A DNA stretch of 64,000 nucleotides from NCBI GenBank assembly GCA_951406725.2, contig OX597816.1:114018001-114082000 (forward strand), in the 5' to 3' direction. How positions within the stretch are numbered: position 1 is the stretch's first letter; every line of letters starts with the position of its first letter. Below the pieces are notes generated by a model. It was not told the origin of the DNA. It was given only the letters and a program-made list of their open reading frames with translations, and did no database searches. The translations under genes were made by a program, and so were the position numbers. Source of the DNA: Octopus vulgaris (taxonomy: Eukaryota). Positions 25,613 to 38,820 of the stretch are shown in pieces.

Positions 25613-28186
25613 TTTTTACATCTGGAGTAACACATGAAATTAAAAACACTTTCTGAGATAATCTTATCTCAGACAGATTTTCTACATCCTCAGTAATTGT
25701 TCTAATTCAGTTCTGTGTATCAAGCTAACATTCAAACATTCATTGGCTGGTAATCATTTTGAAAATTTAAGATGAACTTCAAAAACACGCTGAATAAATA
25801 ACAGGAACCAAGGACTCTTGATGTGAATATTCTTACGGCAAGAAATGCTAGCCACATTTCATTTAAATTACACCTTATTTTTTTCTTAAAGGAATTGCAC
25901 ATTGAATAATATAGTCCTAAATACACTATGTCTACGAAAAAGTTAGCATTGTCAAAGCTGTAACCTCTTTGAATGTAGGTTTGTACATTCAGGGTTAGAC
26001 TAAATAACAAGCAGGCTTTTATACCATTTTAGTGTCATCATTGGTCTTAAGATTTTTGGTCCCAGTATCTTGTTCATACACATTGCATCTATAATTTAAT
26101 AATTACATTTCATGTCAACTTCCTTTATTATTATTCCTTGTCTCTTTCCTACAACCAAGAATATGCTACTCACTTTTTGTATTTTATAACCTGCTGTAAT
26201 TTCAATAAACAACACATTTTCCTTACTTATTCTCTCTAGGGGCACATTTTCTGTACACCATCTGTTCTTTCATAACTTGAAATGAAAACAAATATATAAT
26301 TTGGTGACAAGCTATTTTGGTTAGATACAAAGTAAGCAATACAAACAGGTCAAAGTAAAAACATAATGTAGTATATGGTAAAATATTTAAAAGCCATTTT
26401 TTTTTCACATTTTGTACGAAACATTTAGAAATATTTTATTTTGAAGTAGATGATAATGTATGATATATTTGTCTAATTACTTTAAATTTATATGCAAACA
26501 GGGATGTTTTCTAGAACTTTTCTTTGGAAAAGTTGATGTATTTTATAAGTTGCAAAACTTTGCCAACTTGATAATAACTAAAGTAATCTTTCCAAATTGA
26601 AAAGAAAATTCCTACTTGTATGGTTTCCAGATAGTACTTTGCTTCTGTTTCCACAGACAAGGTTTATACAAATGTTCTTATCATTTATCTAAGCATAGGT
26701 TCATTAATCAGTAGTAGTTAATATTTTTACTTAATTTGATTAATTAGCTACCATTTAAAATATTACATACATTAGTGGTTGTTTTTTTTAATTTTTTAAC
26801 TAATTAAAGGTCTCATTGTTATTAGTGTTTTGTAAAATTTCTATTAGTGTTTTGTTGTTTTAAAACTGGAAATAAGTAAGCAATCAGGATAATGAATAAA
26901 TATTTGTTTATTTTCTGCATATAAGTCAGTGACAAAATGTAGAAACAGACATACAAAATAAAACTGCTATAATTGAAATCTCAAGAGTTAGTATAAACTA
27001 CTGATTTTCATTACCACAAAAATATTTGCCAAGAAAAGGAAGCAAGCATTTATCAAAACAATATTCTACAACAGATATTTTTTTTCACTCCATCTCATCA
27101 AAGACCTTTACAAACTACTACTACATAAAAGTCAACTGTAATCCTCATCCCAACCCTAATAATTTATCAACAAAGTAATTTTACATCCTAAAATTGAAAA
27201 CTTACCTTCAAAGTCATTTTCTAGTGTGGAACTGTTGAAATATTTGGGTGTGTTCAAATTAATTTCAATTCAATGAAGTATTTAGATTATCAATATGGCT
27301 TCAGAAACACTTTTCATATTAAATCACAAAAATTTATCTCTGTTTGATATCAAAAACTTAATAGAAAATGTTAAATTAATAACTGTTTTTACTGGATTAT
27401 TGATACTTTCTTTAGAGCCATCATAAAATTTAATTATTCTGCTAAAGTATTAATCTTGAAAATTACGAATATTTTTTTCCCCAAATACCATTGGATTTGA
27501 ATATTCTAAAAATTTTGATAACTTAGAATTTACCAGTGAACTCTTAGTGTTTTCTTTTATTTTTATAAACTAAAGATTTCTATATTTTTCCCACTAATTT
27601 GTGAAAAGTTTTATTCTGTGTTGATCCTGTATCTAGGTCATTTGCTTTGGCCAATGATTAATAAAGTATTGAAATATCTATCAGAAGGAAAGAAGCCATT
27701 TAACAAAAATATATTTCACTTTTCATTGCATTAGTATACAATGACTATAAAAGGAATTCAATTGATACAAATTATTTATGGTGTTGTTTGAGATATATAC
27801 CATCTCTCTCTTTTTCCCACTTATGTAGCACATGGTTGGTTGCTTTATTGTGTGTGTGTGCACATGCACACACACACACACATTGATGGTGAAAGTTATC
27901 TTTATTTATTCTTCATCTGTTCAACTTCACAACTAGTGCATAGTTGACTATGCTTTACAAATTTATCTCACTACCACAATGTTCTGGGTTCAATTCCATT
28001 ATGTGGTACCTTGTATTATACCCTAGGGTTGACCAACCCTTATGAATAGAATTTTATAGTCAGAAACTGTATATCCATCCACTTTCTGGCTTCCTAGTTC
28101 AGCACAGGTATCTTTTATACATAGAGTATTTATAATATATTAATAACAATACCTCATGGATGAAACTTTTATTTTGTTATTTATGC

Positions 28187-28322
28187 ATTGCTATATATGT
28201 TTTGGCATGACATGTATTTTTACGGACCTATTCACCACATCAATATGATATTATTAAATGTTATAATATCCATGGACCCTATAGGAGTCCATTAATTCGA
28301 CATGAATACTCCTTCAGGCAAT
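28187..28322 (-). ncRNA. Degenerate hammerhead-like motif with about 105-nt multibranched stem II
   Basis: Minus strand ATTGC-CTGAAGG-[insert with hairpins ATGGAC/GTCCAT and GATATTAT/ATAATATC]-AAAA-CATATA-TA-GCAAT; stem I ATTGC/GCAAT; AATAAA just downstream. Confidence 0.45.
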
Positions 28323-29489
28323 TTTTGCATATTGTATGTATGTGTGCATCTTTCATTGATGTCTATTGATAAAAAATGTAAACATCAGTGAAAATTTAGT
28401 GTAACAAGGTCCACTGCAATGAATTATAGAATCTCTGCAACTCTTGTCCACAAAAATGCAGAATTAAAGACTGGTTCATTAGACACATATTACCATTAAT
28501 GTTATTTTTCAGTATTTTGTGATATAAGATAACATGTTAAAACATTAACTTGTATGCTACTATATGTAAAACGGTTTACTGCTTTAAACATATAAAAACT
28601 AAAAGGATTTGCTTCAAATAGAATATTTAAACTTTAAGCAATATTAAATATTTGATTTTCATCTAGATTTTCCTTTTGTGCACATAGAAAATCCTCTAAA
28701 CTTTTATCAGAATGTGTAAACTGGTATATATAAATTTTAGGAAAACATAATTCAATTACGAAATATTTTTCTAAGTAATTAATTTTTTAATTCCTCTTCA
28801 TTAAAGAAAGATTACAATGTAATTACATTTACTGTTAACCAGTTCAAAAACAGATATCTGCTAAGCAATTCTTTCAGATTAAGAAAATTTGAAGAAAATA
28901 CCTAAATCTTCCAATCTATTAAATTTTCTCTGTGTATATACCTGGGCAATTCATTAAGATGGTTATGTTTGGCTCTGTGACACTTGGTTATCATGTTGTA
29001 GGTATTGTATGAATTATCTGATTTGCTGGCCTATGATGCAAAATAACAACCTTATATTTACTAATATAAGCAAGGTTGTTTCTTGCAAGGACATATCTAT
29101 AACAAACTTAATAATACTCTTCTCTTAACAAATATATATTTATATATATATATATATATATAATTGACTACAAAGAGAAATTCATATACATACATATTTG
29201 CTATATTATACATATATACACATATATAAGCTGGACTTTTATTACCTCCCTTGTGTCTCCAAGCAATCTACAAGCTCTGAGCACATGGTCTATTCTGTTT
29301 AAAAATCAGGATGCTGATACATGAGAAATCATGAGAAAAAACAAGAAGGCTGATGAAAAAAGTGGATGGGGGAATATAAATAGAAAAGAACATAAAACAA
29401 ATAAAATTAGATTTACGTCCCCTTTGATGATAAAAGCCATAATTAAGCTAGTCCTTGTAGAATAATTCAGCAGAGAGGGGTCCAAAGTT

Positions 29490-29706
29490 TGTTAAGTGAT
29501 CGTAGTGGTGGGGGACAAACACAGACAGACACATACACATATACAATGGGTTTCTTTCTGTTCCCGTCTACCAAATTCACTCACAAGGCTTTGGTTGGCC
29601 TGAAGTTATAGTAGAAGACACTTGCCCAAGGTGCCACACAGTGGGACTGAACCCAGAAATATGTGGTTGGGATGCAAGCTTCCTACCACACAATCATGCC
29701 TGCACC

Positions 29707-29707
<1 letters not shown>
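29490..29707 (-). mobile_element. SINE family A, 5' part
   Basis: Similarity to other copies. Confidence 0.85.
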
Positions 29708-29765
<58 letters not shown>

Positions 29766-30859
29766 ATATATTTATTTATTTATATAGCATAAAGTACACA
29801 TGTATAACATGATATGTATAATATTTAATACATATACATAAATAGACAGATAGATTGATGATGATGTGTGTATGTATGTATGTATATATGTATATTTATG
29901 TATATCAAATTAAAAGAGGAAATTTTTTTATTACTAAGGAAATTGAATAAAAGATTAGATCTGAAATTGGAGTCTTTCCATTTGCATTCTTTCACTTTAA
30001 CATATTTGAATAACTAGCATTATTTATTTATTCAATTGCTTCACCCTAACCAATAGGGCATAACATCACAATTTAACTAATATAATTTTTGATATATAAG
30101 ATCACATTTTTATTTTCTTTTGGAAAATGGTTTAGTTTTTCCTATATTTCAAAACTATTCATTTAAGGAACTAGGAATGAAAGCTACATAAATAACGAAT
30201 TAAAAACTAATTTACTATTATTGAGTACCCACATGGAAAAATTCAGAAGTATATATCAAAGAAATCGTGAAATTACATAATCAATAGAATAATTTTTAAA
30301 AAATTAATTTGGTTATCTTTAATAATTTTCAAAATATTTTTTTTTTACCAGTCTCTGCTTGCTAACCTCTTATAAATAGTATTCTAATTTATTTTTAAAT
30401 ATACTGATACATTTTCTGATTTGTTTCTATATTTTTAATCACTAATTTATTACTAAATAGATTATAAGAAAGAAAGAGAGAAAGAATGAAAGAAAAAAAA
30501 GAAAGAATGAGTAATTATTTTCTACTAATTCAGTTCATTAAAGTTCATATCAAAATTCATCGTTTAAATAAGATAGAAATAATCAGTAAGAGACTAAAAT
30601 GATGTTTTATTTTCTTCTTTTTTCACAGTTAAGTAAAGAACTACTACTATATCTACTTCAGTGTTCCATTTATTCCCTGTATACAAGATTAGGTCATCAT
30701 AAAGACCAACTTGACATGACTGTATGATCTACTGCTGTTGAGGCATTTCAGATCATAGTTACTTTAGTATTTCATTGTCATTTAGTTATGTACTGAACAC
30801 CGTTTTTGATTTGGTCACCTACATTCTTTATGTACTGCAAGTACCTAAATTAGGTTGAG

Positions 30860-31065
30860 TCCCCATCATCCTGACAGGTTCTTGGTCAAACCTGTGGCAG
30901 TGGAGACTCCTAGCATTCTTGGTCCCTGGACCATATCTCTGCTCACCACTATCTAGGCAGAGATGGCTGTCTGCAAAAGTGAGCCTTGTGAGTCAGAGTG
31001 GCTGTTCCAGTGCATCTCCCTTGCCTTCCCCCAGGGCAACACCTTTCCAATTTTGTGTGCTGAGG
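30860..31065 (+). pseudogene. CRE-clade non-LTR retrotransposon C-terminal fragment
   Basis: Translation PVAVETPSILGPWTISLL...EPCESEWLFQCISLAFPQGN resembles the CRE end motif 'P.AVET.G..GP....FL...EP.E...LFQRIS.A.QRGN'. Confidence 0.75.
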
Positions 31066-31507
31066 CCATGAGGTAGTCTGACTTACATGAAATTATACAT
31101 TTCACTCTTCAATGTTAAGTCAAGTGAGGTTAGGGAGATAAATAGCAGCAATGTACATATGTAGGGGTATATGCTCATGTGGGGAGTGTGAAGACAGAAA
31201 GAATCAGATGAAGGCAGAATGAAATATATATATATATATATATATATATCATCATCATCATCATCGTTTAACGTCCGCTTTCAATGCTAGCTTGGGTTGG
31301 ACGATTTTGCCTGAAGGCTGGTGAACCAGATGGTTGCACCAGGCTCCAATCTTGATATCTATATATAAAATTGTGATGAACCATAACCTTAGATCCTGTC
31401 ATAAGAATACTTGGAGGTCTTCACTAATCTAAACAATATTGTTAGTCTGGTGTACCAACAGAGAGCTTATGAAGTGGTTTGCCTGGATTGATAATCCCTT
31501 ACTATTA

Positions 31508-31510
31508 GCT

Positions 31511-31591
<81 letters not shown>

Positions 31592-31606
31592 TAAATATAT
31601 ATATAG

Positions 31607-31660
<54 letters not shown>
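31508..31660. repeat. (CA)n(TA)n microsatellite
   Basis: Direct reading. Confidence 0.95.
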
Positions 31661-31664
<4 letters not shown>

Positions 31665-31925
31665 CAGGAAAGAGAATAAATTTCAAAGGTCAGTTTTCAT
31701 ATTCACTCAATATATTTCAAAGCATTGGAATACTCCACAGCATACATAAGTGCATTCATTTAGATAAGATATAATATAAAAATTCATAATTATCTAAATA
31801 TATAAAAATACATAAATGTACTTGCGAGGTTGTATGTCCGTATTAAAATCAATGAGGATATTAAAATATGCAGATGGTGAATGTATAGCGGTAATCCAAA
31901 TAGATGAGAAAGTTGGTATAAAACA

Positions 31926-32827
31926 TATAAACTTTACCTTACTATGGTTTCCTGAATATTCATGATTTCAGTTATTTAACTCGAAAAGACAATTAGACAG
32001 ATCTCCATCCACAATTATACCACACCAAAAAAATAGAAAGAAAGAAAGAAAAATTCACCAGAAAGAAATTATTAATTAAAGCACTGAGGGGTTGTTTTGA
32101 ACTGCATGAGAAAATCAAAAATTACCAGTTGTAGTATATATATATATATATATTCTTTTTACTCTTTACTCTTTATATATATATATATATAAATTTACTC
32201 TATATACTTTACTCTATATATATATATATATATATATAAATTTAAAATGAGGGTGAGAAATTGGATATTAATTTAATTAACATCAATTTCTCACCAGTGG
32301 TCTGGCATATAAAAATCTGAAGGTTCAGTAAATTGTATTATATACATATGAGAGGGATGACCACTATGTGAACAATCCTTATGCTAGAAGTAGATCCACA
32401 ATGGTCTTAACACTAAGAAATGTTCTCAAGAAAAATTTAACAAACACCAGAATGTAAGCAAGCAAGAGAAATGAAAAGCAACAAAAATATAGATTATTCA
32501 CATACATGTTTCACTATTAACAGATTACATAATTTTACTTACGCAATTTGTCCATAGATCTTCGGTGTGACTGTCCATACAGATATAATTTGCAGAACTA
32601 TATACTAGGACACCCACACAAAGTCGGGCTTATATATAGTTCTACCTATTACACTCATGGTTACAATCTATATTTTTGTTACTTTTCATTTGTCTTGCTT
32701 GCTTACATTCTGGTGTTTGCTGAATTTTTCTTGAGAACATTCTTAGTGGTAAGACCATAGCAGATCTACTTCTAACATAAGGGTTGTCCACATAGTGGTC
32801 ATCTCTCACATATGTATACAATACATA

Positions 32828-32883
<56 letters not shown>

Positions 32884-33059
32884 CCCTCAGTTCTTTAATT
32901 AATAATTTCTTCCAGGTGTTTTTTTCCTTTCTTTGCTTTTTCTTTTGTTTTTTGTTTTTTGGTGGTATAGTTGTGAGTGGAGATCTGTCTAATTGTCATT
33001 TTGAGTAAAATAGCTGAAATCACGAATATTCAGTAAACCAAAGTAAGGTAAAGTTTATA
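31926..33059. repeat. Nested inverted repeats: outer arms 31926-32093/32881-33059, inner arms 32334-32495/32665-32825
   Basis: Arms are reverse-complementary with scattered mismatches; (TA)n arrays lie between outer and inner arms. Confidence 0.9.
32498..32570 (-). ncRNA. Type-I hammerhead motif with long stem II and U4C change
   Basis: Minus strand TCACA-CCGAAGA-T-CTATGGACAAATTGCGTAA-GTAAAA-TTATGTAATCTGTTAATAG-T-GAAA-CATG-TA-TGTGA; stem I 5 bp, stem II about 19 bp imperfect, palindromic stem III ACATGT, GUA triplet. Confidence 0.75.
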
Positions 33060-35614
33060 CAATATTCCAAATTCACTTTCCTGGCAAACAGATTATGATC
33101 AAAGTCAAGCAAACTGTATATATAAGCTTTAGATTTACATTCTCTGTGTCATAAAACTCTATCAACACAGTTATAACAAATATATCTGACATTTAAATAC
33201 ATATCAGTCCTGCCATATCAACTATATGAACAGAAAAACATAAATTTCAAAATAAATAATTTAAATTCAATAAAAACAATGGTTTAAAGAATTTGTGAGT
33301 ATAAGCAGGTTATTTATTTAGTTTTATCATTTTTCATGTAAGGGAGGATTGAGGATGTAAGAATTATTCATCGAAAATTTTTTTTATTTTATTCAAACTT
33401 ACTGTTTTATGTGACTTACAATGTCATATTGTTTATACATTTAATACATTGCAGGAACTGTGAACATTTTGCATTTTATAAATATTTTAACTTTCATTTT
33501 GATGTATAAATTTATATATCTTTATAAGAGTTTCTCATGATATTAAAGATTGGCACGATACTCTGAAATTTGTTGTTTTACATTCTGAGGGGCTATGATT
33601 TTCTATACATTAGGTATTTCAACATTTGGTGCCTTGTTTGTTATTGTTGTTGTTGCCTAGTGCGAAGGCAACCATGATCAAATTTTTTGAACAATAAATA
33701 TGCCAGCTCTTTTCTAGGACTAATCTATCCAGAATGTCCTAACATTTTAAAGACTATGCCTGAAAAAAAGTCAGGAGAGTCATAGCTGGAATGCTTAATC
33801 AGAGCTGACTTAGAAATACACAACAATATCAAAGAAGGCACCTAATATTTAGATATCCAGTAATAACTGACAAGGGCATGTGTAAAAGTGGTGAAATCTG
33901 ATCTCAGGTTACTAAGTCATGAGTGACGGCTACAAGGGGTGTTACATTGCATAGGAGAAAATCTGCCCCATCTTTGCATGCAGAGAAAAAGTAGAGCTAA
34001 AGTAATGATGATGATGATGATGATGATGATGCAATGCTGATGCAATGATGTAGAGTGTGGTTGAGGGATATATATTAGAAGTGTCTTCTTCGACTTGCCA
34101 TCTTGTATGCATTGATGAAAGATAAGAGTGAGAAGAAATTAATTCGTTTTTGAAACAAATTCTTAATCCATAAGTTACTTAAAACATTTAGAGATACATT
34201 TCTATAATTTTAGTAAAAATTAGATCTGAAAAACACTATTTTTTAAACAGTACAATACTTCTATAAGCATTTCTGGCTAAAATGTCAAATATATTGAAAA
34301 ACTCAACTGTTTCTGAGCACAACTATAATATTTAGTAACTTTGCATCTATTCAACATTTTCTTAGAATGTATAACAGATAGCTTTGATATCATTCTAAAT
34401 AAAGAACTCGTGTCTTCTTCAGCAGAAACTGTGAGTGAATGCATGTTATTTGTCATTCATATTATTCAGAAGAAATAGCTAGAGTATGATGGCATTTTCC
34501 TTTTAATTTAATGAAAAATAAAAGTGTCACGGTTCTTGAGCACCAGAGAATTTATTAGTTATTAGTCTTTGGAGAGCCTTGCCTTTAATGATAAATCCAT
34601 CTCATTGGAATATTTTTACCAAACGTGGATAAAATATAGTTGATATACAACTTTTAACTAATAGGTTGCAACATTTTTGCCATTTATATCTGCCAAGAGA
34701 AAGGATAATTGGCCCTTTAAAAATCGATATTTTTAAAATGATGTATTTCCTATGGTTATATATTTCAAATATCTCTCTCTATATATTTATTATTACCAAA
34801 GTGCAAAATGCCTGTGGTGTTGTTCTGCTTCTCAAATAAACTAAAAACAGTTTCTGTTTTTTTTAATTAGGAAATATTACTGCTTATTGTCAATAGGAGG
34901 AAACATGAAAATCGGTAAAATTGCTGTTGCTGGCAAATTCTAAAATTACTTGAATTTTTTAATTACTTTCCTGATCTCTCTGAAGAATGTGTTTACATTT
35001 TCTGATTCCAAAACGCTAAAATGATAAGTGAGTGATGTTTCATTATGTAGATCTCTGTACTATATTCCTTGGATCTGTTTTTCTTAGATTCATCATCATC
35101 ATCATCGTTTAACGTCTGCTTTCTATGCTAGCATGGATTGGACGATTTGACTGAGGTCTGGCAAACCAGATGGCTGCACTAGATTTCAATCTGATCTGGC
35201 AGAGTTTCTACAGCTGGATACTCTTCCTAATGCCAACCACTCCGAGAGTGTAGTGGGTGCTTTTACGTGCCAATTATTAGTATTAATTCCATGTACCTAC
35301 AGATGCAGAAGGAATTTTTCATACTTCCTCTGTAAAAAAAATTAAATTAAATTAAATGAATCTAATGATAATGATGCTCTTTTTGTATCATACTTAAAGG
35401 GGAATGAAACTTCAATAGTTTTAGAGTAAAGAAAATACTTGAAAGTGATTTAACTTCAATCAACTGATATGAAAGAAATGTGTAGGCTACCTGATGCAAA
35501 GAAATAATTAAACAAAGGAAATCTCAGAATATTTGGTGATAGGTATAGACTTTTTGAATATATATCAGTATATAAATATCTGGGTATATTGTCAATAAAG
35601 ACCAATAACTTAAA

Positions 35615-35832
35615 TAATCCTTCCTACTATAGGCACAAGGCCTGAAATTTGTGGGGAGGGGTTAAGTCGATTACATCGACTCCAGTACTCAACTGGTATT
35701 TAATTTATCAGCTCCAAAAGGATTAAAAACAAAGTCAACCTCAGCAGAATTTGAACTCATAATGTAGCTGTACGCAAAATACCACTAAACATTTCACCCA
35801 GCATGCTAACGATTCTGCCACCTCGCCACCTT
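35615..35832 (-). mobile_element. SINE family B
   Basis: Full-length match to family. Confidence 0.85.
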
Positions 35833-35866
35833 CAAACTCATAAATAATGTTTCAAAGCCATTAATG

Positions 35867-36175
35867 CAGAAGTTCTCAACTATTTTTTTTATCTATGGAC
35901 CCATTTGATTACTATTATATTCTGGTGGACCTTCATAGGCAGTCAATGTTTAAAAACTACTGTTTTTGTTTTTGAACATTAACTTGGGTAGGTTGAACTT
36001 TGTGAAGTGTTAGAAATAGAAACCTAGCTGTTTCTTGCAATACATACCAATACATACAACTGTAGCAAAATTTTTTGAGGGGCCCTTGAAGCATTATTGT
36101 GGATCCCCAATTTACTATTTTGTTGCATAAACCCTCCAAAAAATTGTATTTGGGCCCTCAGGTTGAGAATTACTG
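35867..36175. mobile_element. hAT-type MITE
   Basis: TIRs CAGAAGTTCTCAAC / GTTGAGAATTACTG; 8-bp TSD CATTAATG / CACTAATG with one mismatch; right end locally duplicated at about 36188-36217. Confidence 0.75.
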
Positions 36176-36314
36176 CACTAATGTTACCCTGGTTGAGAAT
36201 TACTGTACTAATGTTACTGAATTAATATACTAAGAACTGAAGCAACTTATCAGTTGACCTGTAAATCTTAGTCATACTAGTTGCCATTTTAACATATTCT
36301 TTTTATGCTTTATT

Positions 36315-36542
36315 AAGGCAGCAAGCTGGTAGAAACCAGCCGGGCGAAATGTATAATGGTATTTCGTCTGTCTTTATGTTCTGAGTTCAAATTCCGCCAA
36401 GGTCGACTTTGCCTTTCATCCTTTCGGGGTCAATTAAATAAGTACCAGTTACGCACTGGAGTCGATGTAATCGACTTAATCTCTTTGTCTGTCCTTGTTT
36501 GTTCCCTCTATGTTTAACCTCTTGTGGGCAATAAAGAGATTA
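36315..36542 (+). mobile_element. SINE family B, alternative-tail variant
   Basis: Same head and central domain, but 3' end TTTGTCTGTCCTTGTTTG...GGGCAATAAAG; same variant on minus at about 55637-55782. Confidence 0.85.
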
Positions 36543-37466
36543 ATATTCTTTTTATGCTAGCATAAGTTGAACAAGGTTTGTTATACATTTTTTCCAAGAC
36601 TCTGGGATTTTCTCTCTCTGTTAAAAACCAGGAGCCTTCATCCTCGTAATTTCATATATCATTGTCAAAATCTGCAAGCATTCCCGTGTAGACATCCTGA
36701 TGTTTTCCGATATCATCATTGGAATCTACAGCTCCAATAAGTTTGTTCCAAATTGTCTGGAATAAATAGAAATCATAGAATCTTTTGCATGGAATATCCA
36801 GACATCTACTTACTATTCTGCTGAGTATACACCCACACATGTATCTTAATTGTCAACTCCTCACCAAAGAACTTGGATTTACACTCTATACCTATGTGTT
36901 TGGCTGGAGCCTATTTCTATCTTGTATGCAGCACACATTCACTGTCTTCTGATATCAGACATCTCAATGAATTCATCACATCTTTCACTCTGACAGCGTT
37001 AAATGCCAAGTTTAAAATTAAAGACCAAAAGTAACAACAACTACTACTACTAATAATAATAATCTTTTCTACTAAAGGCACAAGGATGTGAGGATTTGCC
37101 TTCAATATAATTTATGGTACCATTTTTTGGTGTATTTGGGTTACAACTTAGAATGACCATGAGTTTCCTTAATTTGTCCAGTTCCCTAGACAAATTGCTT
37201 TAAAGAAGTTAATAAAGTTAGAGCCAAGATTAAGTGACCAGCTAGGTGGACAGGTCATATAATAAAGTAAAATCAAGATTGTATTTCAGGTTTGTTATTT
37301 GTTAGTTTAAATAAATTCTGACATGCTTTCAAAGAAGATAAAAACATGTTATTAGGACTATGGCAAAATTAAAATTAAAACTAGAATTAACGATAATTTT
37401 CCTGATAATAAATTGTTTTGCTTCAATAAAAAATTTGGCATTTTGTGAGACAGTAAAGAATTTATA

Positions 37467-37620
37467 TAATGCTTAAATAAAATGGAAGAAAAATATATAA
37501 GTAGTAATGCTTAAATAAAATGGAAGAAAAATATATAAGTAGTAATGCTTAAATAAAATGGAAGAAAAATATATAAGTAGTAATGCTTAAATAAAATGGA
37601 AGAAAAACATATAAGTAGTA
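37467..37620. repeat. 38-bp minisatellite x4
   Basis: TAATGCTTAAATAAAATGGAAGAAAAATATATAAGTAG repeated four times with one substitution. Confidence 0.95.
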
Positions 37621-38820
37621 TAGAAATATATATTCCAGGTTTCAAACCCAGCTGCTAATCATTTGCATGAGATATATTTGATCTAGAATTAATTATACAT
37701 CTATTGTTGTTTGCATTAAGGTTTCATGGATCAGCTGGCATAATCTTTACTTTTATTGTAAGTAATTTAGACAAAAACAAATTACTATTTTTTACTTCAA
37801 TATTAGGAAATACAAGAAATCATTACAACAGCTTTTATTTTTTTCATTTTTTGATATTGAAGTACGGATTGTGGGATATAGATTTTAAAGTTTTATACAC
37901 CTAATATTGACTAAAATATTAATGAATTGTTAGACTTATTGAAAACTTGAGAAACTTGATGAAAGCAATATGTGCCACTTTATTGAATTCTGATAACCTA
38001 AAGGTGACTTGTTAGACGATAATATTTTTTACCTATATTTACTTATTTATTTGTAATTCCAAATGCCAGAAAATTCAATTCACACCCAATTTTTAATATA
38101 CCATGAATGAAAATATTTATTCTTTAATTTGATGTAGAAAGTAACAAATGCTCAATTTTTAAGATCTTTGGTCAAAAACAAAAAGAGAAAAAAAATCAAA
38201 AATGCAAAATACTTCAGTCAAATCTTTTTTAGTAACTAAATAACTAAATAAGTTGTCTGTTGAGTGCATGCATCAATATTTATACAACATAAGGAATTTT
38301 GAGAACAGGAGCTACTTGGCAGAATCGCTAGCATCCCTGACAACATGTTAAGCAGCATTTTGTCTGTCTGAGTTCAAATGTTGCTGAGGTCAACTTCACC
38401 TTCCATCCTTTTTGGGGTCAATAAAATAAGTACCAGTTAAACACTGGAGTTGATGTAATTGACTTTCCCTCTTTTCTCAAATTTCAGGTCTCATGCTTTT
38501 AGTAGAAAAGATTATTACTGTTATTTTGCATCAGTATAAAACCTTTCCTCTTTTTATATTATCATTCTTTGTTACTTCTTAAATCAACAAGGAAAATCTA
38601 ATTATGGTAAAACCAGCAGATGATTCATGGTTTCAACAGCTCAATCCTTACAGAAATGATTTCACATCTTAACTATGTTTTATATTGGTTTCTCTGGTTA
38701 GCTTGAATCTAACATGGAATCTAATATGGAATAGATGTATAATTACTACCAGACCAAATATATCCCATGTAAATGATTAGCAACTGGGTTTGAAACCTGG
38801 AATATATATTTCTATACTAT
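37616..38820. repeat. About 90-bp inverted repeat pair (37616-37706 / 38730-38820) enclosing about 1 kb including a SINE B (38310-38515)
   Basis: TAGTATAGAAATATATATTCCAGGTTTCAAACCCAG...TAATTATACATCTATT is mirrored with few mismatches. Confidence 0.85.

Noticed and set aside
25652-25673. 10-bp palindrome TCTGAGATAA-TC-TTATCTCAGA, and an imperfect hairpin at about 29037-29088
   Set aside because: Too short or imperfect to distinguish from chance; not miRNA-precursor quality.
27206-27231. Possible 26-nt minus-strand exon (STLENDFE) with AAG|GTAAGT donor
   Set aside because: Weak polypyrimidine tract; expected by chance in 64 kb.
30605-30640. Strong plus-strand acceptor TTTTCTTCTTTTTTCACAG
   Set aside because: No good donor or reading frame downstream; T-rich tracts are common here.
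31935-31975. GAAACCATAGTA on minus strand in the outer inverted arm
   Set aside because: No valid core 5' half, and the second copy does not preserve GAAA.
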